A stretch of 64,000 nt of DNA, taken from assembly GCA_025594325.1 (NCBI GenBank), contig JANHCV010000008.1, positions 1,612,001 through 1,676,000 on the forward strand, written 5' to 3'. The position numbers were made by a program, and so were the translations under genes. Positions 58,274 to 64,000 of this stretch are shown in pieces. This DNA comes from Blastocladiella emersonii ATCC 22665. Its lineage: Eukaryota; Fungi; Blastocladiomycota. The notes below the pieces were generated by a model that was given only the letters and a program-made list of their open reading frames with translations, was not told where the DNA came from and made no database searches. Every line of letters begins with the position of its first letter. The first letter of the stretch is position 1.

Positions 58274-60169
58274 AATTGCCAGTACCTCCACCACTCACTC
58301 CGTTCGGGTGTCAACTGTGCGGGGCTTTGCCCAAGTGACCTCTTGCCGCGATCACACGGCACTCCAGACGCGTCGTGGACGCGCAATGCAAGGAACTGCA
58401 TTATTTGTGAACTGAGAGACACGGGACTCGCATCAAGCACAGCGCTGACTGAGATAGTGCTTCGGATCCGTAAAACGCAGAGGGGCTCGAAAGAAAGAGT
58501 CGCGACGCGTCAGAACCACGCGTTGGGGCCGTCGCAACACGCCTTCTTCGCGCTTTTGTGCGTCTTCCTGCTCTTGAGGTGGATCAAGTCGACTACGGAC
58601 GTGGCGGAGATAGCTGAAGGTCGCCGAACGGATCGCTGTTCAAGTTGCGGGAGCGACTCCTTGTGCAGCGAGTTGCGATCAAGCACGCACAAACACGAAC
58701 TGACTCGAGTGATGGTGGCTTTGATCGAGCGCTAGCACGACTTGATTGTGGGCGCTGATCCGATTACTCTTAACATCGCCTCAATGCAGCATACGCGCAC
58801 GTAGCGCGTAGTTCCAGCGCGCTCAAGGCAACTGAGATCGGATTTGTGACAGACGAGTCAAGGCGAGCCACTCGCTCATAACAGCATGCTGGTGTTCTGA
58901 ATGAGCCGAAAATAAAGCAGTCGGCGATCGTGAACTAACAGAACGTATCATGCACAACGAATGCACGCGAAGACTCGATCTCGACTAACGCGTCGATTTT
59001 CTGCTAAGAATGCGACCAACGATGATTCCGTTCGCGTCGCACGCCATGAGCCAGCTCGAGACCTCGCGTGAGCTCGCCTCCTTGTGCACGGAACAAGAGA
59101 GCTCGGATGAAGCGGACCTAAGGTGGAAGGATCGCGAAAGGTTGAAGTGCGCTACGGTGCCCACGGCATGTCGCTGACAGCGACACGAGACACTCCCGAC
59201 CGCGCCCGCGACGACCTCCCTGCTCAGCCGCCTTACGCTCGCCTCCAGTTGCGCGGTGGTCGACGCGTACAAATTTTGCACGGGAAGCCTGTCAGCGATG
59301 TTGGACGTAATGATGGTTCGCGGCGCGCATAGAATAGAGCTCGTCCGAGCTCGACAAGGGTTCTGATGATTTGGTCGTACGACGTTCCGCCGCCGTGCAG
59401 GTGGCAGCGGTCGGGGTCAGAGGCGATCAGCAGCACAGCAGATGAGTTGGGCGTGCTTGCGCCGGAGCAAAGCCAGATGCGCGCTCCGCTCATGAGTTTG
59501 CATCCCGCACCGCCGAAGCAGAGAGACCGCGTAGCTAGTCGTTGAGAGCGTTAAAGTGACTTTGTCGTGCCAATTCGGGCAGCACAACGTCCCGCGACAA
59601 GTAAGCGAGATGCGACGCGACGCTTGGCGGGCACAACGACAGTGTAGTGGCGGCGGCGGCAATGCAAGAAAAGCGAGTACATGGACGCAAGAAAGAGAAT
59701 AGGAACACAAATAGCATCTCCTTCGAGCTGGGGTCGCTTCGCGACGCCAGATATCGCAAGCTCAGACGACGTGAAAGGGTCCCGCGACATGCTTCTCTGC
59801 TCGCGAGCGCGCCTAAGCAGCGCTCCTGCAGTAGCAAGAACAGAGTGCGAAAGCGATGCCAACGGAGCACTTGAGTCACCGGTCGAGTCGAGCACAGCAC
59901 GTCGCCGCGCGAGCGCCACCCAAAGCGCTGCAGGAGAGACGGGACCAGCCTGCCGTCGAGTTCATGATTTATGGAATCCATTGCATAGAGTAAATGAGCT
60001 TCATTGAATAAGGAGAGCAAACGGGAGGGGAGCAGAGCGGAAGCGAGAGCCGAAGCGAAGTGGCGTAACGCGACACGGGAGTGATGTCATCGGGAGCAAC
60101 GTGATCGGGTCACATGCAAAAACTGTCAGCAGAAAGTCGCGGTCACTATAGCTTGGGCAAAGCCCCGCA
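58274..60169 (-). mobile_element. Non-autonomous Helentron/HINE-like repeat, copy 2 (inverted, diverged)
   Basis: Same asymmetric inverted repeats and 3' tail as 32230-34024; homology stops at the same points. Confidence 0.6.
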
Positions 60170-60214
60170 CTTGATCGTGGACGCCTCTCCCGGTTGGCCG
60201 AGTTTCGAGCCCAA

Positions 60215-60536
60215 TGCTATGATGTGAGAGTGGACAAAACGGATCCGCCATGACGTTCCTGCTACCTACAGCACTCCCCCGCACTCGAGCATCACAGCTC
60301 ACTGGTCCATCAGGCTTCTGGTCTCTTGGGGCGGGCATTTTCTTCCGCATTTCATCTCGATTTTATGTCGTAAGCCTTTTTCACGATGGTGAGTGCCAGA
60401 GTCATGCTGAAGTCCCGCTCCCCCGAACTATAAATTTTTTAGCGCAGAGGATCGAACTCCGCCAGGGCTCATAACCTGCTATGATGTGAGAGTGGACGAA
60501 ACGGATCCGCCATGACGTTCCTGCTACATACAGCAC
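60215..60536. repeat. 60-bp direct repeat (60215-60274 and 60477-60536), two mismatches
   Basis: TGCTATGATGTGAGAGTGGAC(A/G)AAACGGATCCGCCATGACGTTCCTGCTAC(C/A)TACAGCAC. Confidence 0.9.
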
Positions 60537-63308
60537 AGCGCGGCGAACACGACGCCGCCGAGCTCGAAAAAGTTGGAGATGTAGCCCAAAATCGACGATA
60601 TGGCCGAGTTTGCGTCCGCGTTAGGCACCACGAAGCGCGCGGAGCGTGGCAGCGCGGGGAACGTGCCAGGAACAGCAAACACCGCGTTGGCCACCGTCGT
60701 TGGGATCACGCTGCGGACGACGGCGTTCTTGACGCACTGCAGCGGAACGCCAGACAGCGTCGCCGAGTGGAACACGGACTCGGCGGTCGCGAAAGGGCTG
60801 CGGTTGAGCACCATGCCGTTGAGTCGCAGGGTGCGGATGAACCACGAATGCCCGCCCGAAGTGGTCGTAGCGGCCGATCCGTCGGGCTCGCGGAGCACCG
60901 CGCGCGCAAACGCCTTGAACGCCGTGGCGAGGTTGTTGGGGAGCAGGCGACCGTCAGCGACGGGAACGTCAGGACGCGGCACACGCGGACGAGCATCATC
61001 CACTCCTTGAAAATTGCAAGCTTGAAGCGGCCCTCGCTAGCAAAGTGGAACAGCGGGGATTGCAGTGTGGGCGCCTCGAGGCGTGGTCGTAGGCCTCATA
61101 AATAGCTTCGAACGCGCCCGACATGGGCTCTTTGGTGTCCGAGTCATATCCGACCAGAACCCGCCCGCAACAATGGTGCAAGGCCAGTGTGGCGCTGTGC
61201 GGCGGCCTCGTCGTGCTGGCAGGAGGTTCAGCTTCATTTGACCAAATGGCACGACGCAGAGGCCATTTTCATGTCGTTGATACATTTGCAGTAAGTGGTG
61301 AAGGCTTATCGTCGGCAGCATGTTGGGTATGGGAGAGAAGTCGCGACCGTCGCGGTGGTCGGCGTGGCCAGCAGCTGGTTCCCGTCGCGGGCTCCACTTT
61401 AGGACTCTGCCGCGCTCGGCCGCCACCCATGGTTTCCTGGCCTTCCGTCCGCAACACTCGTTCATTGGGTGACCGACGCTGCGATGCCTGACTAGGTGCG
61501 TCCGTTAGACATCTCTTAGGAGTGGATCCGCAAGCTCGCCGAGGTCAACTCGAGGCGGTCCGCTTCATGCCCGCTTCGACCCGCGTCCCACAGCCCCGGC
61601 CAGCAGTACCGTTGGTGCGGGTGATGATAGAGCTCCAGGTGGTGTGTTTGTGAGGGTGGCTAGTATGTTGCGCGCGAGCACCAAGACGTATCGCGAGTCG
61701 CGGTCCGCGACGAGACTGCGCGGCGCAGCGTTCTGTTTTTTAACGAACGCGAGGACCGAAGTTTGAGTTGCTACGATTGTTTTCTGCATCGTGTATGGTG
61801 GTCCGGGGTGGCGCGGACGCGTCGGGTGCGGCTCGGGCCGGACGCGCGAGACAGTGCGAGACGCGTCGCGATATCACGTGAAGCGCGTTTTTTGATCGGC
61901 GCGCTGCGCGTTGGCCGCTTCGGCGCTTCGGCGGTGGACTCTGCGCTTCCGCAGCCACACGCCCCCGCCCGCTCGCTCCCGCCCGGCCCCTACATAACCG
62001 GGCGGGTCCCCTTGCACCGACCGACGCTCCTGCACACGCTCGCCGCCGCCGCCATCCCATACGCCGCTCCACGCCGCCGTCGCTGCACACTCGACCCGCG
62101 CCCGCCGACCAAGTGGAGCTTGCCGCCCGACCGATTGACGCTAAACGACGACACGCACCCGCACTCGCACGCTTGGCTCCACGTCACGGTGCGCATCCCC
62201 GCGACCCGCTCGTCACGGCGCACGCGCGCGGCGGCGACGTCGATCGCCCGCCCGCCCACCTCTCGTGCTGATGGGCGCGAGACCGACGTGGATGCCGCTC
62301 CGCCGCCGCCGCCCTGCTCGCCGTCTCTCACACATCCGCGCCCGCGCAGTGTGTCTCACTCGCTCTCGTCGCGATTCCGTAGCTCGCGCGCCCCGCATCA
62401 GCGCTGAGCGGCCCGCGCAGTCGCGTCGGTTGCCGCCACGACCACGGCGAGCGGGAACGCCTCCTGCACCCGCGCTGGGTCGCAGCTCGGTGTCTCACGT
62501 CCGATCGCTCGCGCTCGCTGCCCGTCTAGACGCGCGGAGACGGTGCCAACTCGGTGCTCAAGCTTGACGAAGTCGCGTGCGGTCTCGGTACGATCGCGCG
62601 TCTCGCCTCCACCAGCGCGGCGATGACTAACTCGGCGCCTGCCGCGATCCGTTCCTTCTATTCGAGCGCTCAGGTGCCGCGGCGGCCAAGGCGGGCGCGA
62701 CACGGGTACGTTCTCGCTCTGCTTGCACGACATCTCCCTCAATCCCGCTCCTCACCTCGGTCTCCCGCGCTCGCCCCCGCTGTAACCTCGACCGAGCGCG
62801 TCAAGTGCTTCAAGATGACCACGGCCGCGAGTGATGGCGGCGGCGCAAGGACCGCAGCAGCGGCGCGCGCGCATGGGCTCGACGCGGGCGCGGCGCGGGT
62901 GCGGTGCGGGCGGACCGTGGTCGTGGCGGCCATCGTCGCAGTAGCAGTGCGGGTGCGGTGCTGGGGTGCAGGGCGCGCGCGCTGGCCGCGGCCCTGATCC
63001 CGGCACCGCACCCGCTTTTTTTTTGCGTCCCGTGATCCCTATACAAAGGTCCTTTGTATACTTTGGACGGATTCCTTAGTAAAGCTTTGAGGACGCTTAG
63101 GCCGAAACCCGCGCAAAAGAAACCGCAGCCCAAAGGATTCAAAGCGACTTGAACCGGCCCTCACCCAAAGTTTTCAAAGTAACTCAGTCGCCGCAAAGGA
63201 TCCCAAAGTGACTTAGAAGTGTTCCGTCCAAAGTAAACGTCAAGTATACTCCAAAGCGACTTTGCTAATCCTTTGTATCCTTTGGAGCCCGGGGCCCTTT
63301 TCACTGTG

Positions 63309-64000
63309 GTTTGTGCGCGCTGCCATCACCAGCACCCCGTGGCTCACCCTACGCGACCTTTCCGAGCTGCTGCGCGCGGAGCGCAACAAGTCGGTCTCCG
63401 TGTCGACGCTCTCGAGGCTTCTCGACCGCCTTGGCTTCTCGAAGAAGGTGGTCAAGTCGCGCGGCGCCAACTACAACGAGGAGGCGCGCGCCGCCTGGCG
63501 CCAGTACGTCGAAACCGCTTGCTTCAGGGCCGACCAGCTTGTCTTCTGCGACGAGTGCGGCATCCAGCCGACAGCGGCCAACCACCGCTTCGCGTGGAGC
63601 GAGACAGGGGTCCCCGCCGTCATCGTGCAGCCGCGCGCGCCCACGAGCACGCGTGTCAACCTCGTTGCAGCCATTTCCACGTCGGGGCCCCTCCTCGCGC
63701 ACGCCGCGCCGTACAGCATCAACACGGAGACATTTTGGACCATCATTCGCGACGACCTGGTACGTTGTGTCGATCTTGTGCTCCGACCCCATCCACTTCA
63801 CGCGTCTTGCCTACACGTCACGTTCCTGAAGATCCCGCACATGAATCCTTATCCCGAGCCGTGCTCAATCCTCGTTATCGACAACGCTTCGTTCCACCAC
63901 TCGCACAGACACATTGCCGAACTCGAGCGCGAGTTTGGCATCGCGGTACGCTTCCTTCCGCCGTACTCGCCCGACATGAACCCCATCGAAAACACTTTCA
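63309..64000 (+). pseudogene. IS630/Tc1-like DD35E transposase lacking its 5' exon; runs off the window edge
   Basis: LVFCDE, intron 63760-63831, then ILVIDNASFH...FLPPYSPDMNPIE (35 residues between the second D and E). Confidence 0.88.

Noticed and set aside
60215-60274. Hammerhead ribozyme (GGACGAAAC seen in the second copy)
   Set aside because: The CTGATGA core and the 5' strand of stem II are missing.
61565-61789. Third DUF4470 paralogue (VLARNIL)
   Set aside because: Only a short motif matches; the flanking DUF4470 motifs are absent.
1-64000. tRNA or rRNA genes
   Set aside because: No cloverleaf with A/B boxes and no rRNA signature was recognised; a tRNAscan-SE/Infernal run would be needed to exclude them.

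Overview
This is eukaryotic genomic DNA. It is GC-rich and has short GT-AG introns with GTACG donors and CTAAC/CTGAC branch points. Its LRR, ankyrin-like, F-box-like and DUF4470-type gene families suggest an early-diverging fungus such as Blastocladiomycota, which is inference only. Bases 1 to about 12.9 kb are the right-hand part of an intronless endogenous Polinton-like virus (PLV). It encodes a minor capsid (penton) protein running off the left edge, an A32 packaging ATPase, small candidate virion proteins and a long fibre-like protein. It also carries a Polinton-type rve integrase broken by a frameshift and a stop, an intact-looking tyrosine recombinase, and a PolA-like (TVpol) primase-polymerase fused to an SF3 helicase. 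The viral segment has its own cis-signals: a GTAAA motif at or just before the ATG of most virion-module genes, a dyad CATCCC-NN-GGGATG roughly every 3 kb, and a perfect 26-bp palindrome near the right end. The rest is a nested transposon landscape. It includes an 11-kb CMC/EnSpm-like element (35-bp TIRs, 11-bp subterminal arrays) and two near-identical intact PIF/Harbinger elements. There is also a chromovirus (Ty3/gypsy) remnant with a related solo LTR, two solo LTRs of a second family, a defective Helitron, two Helentron/HINE-like repeats and two IS630/Tc1-like transposase pieces. Host genes and pseudogenes lie between them. No rRNA, tRNA or CRISPR array was recognised. All assignments come from reading motifs by eye; no database searches were run.
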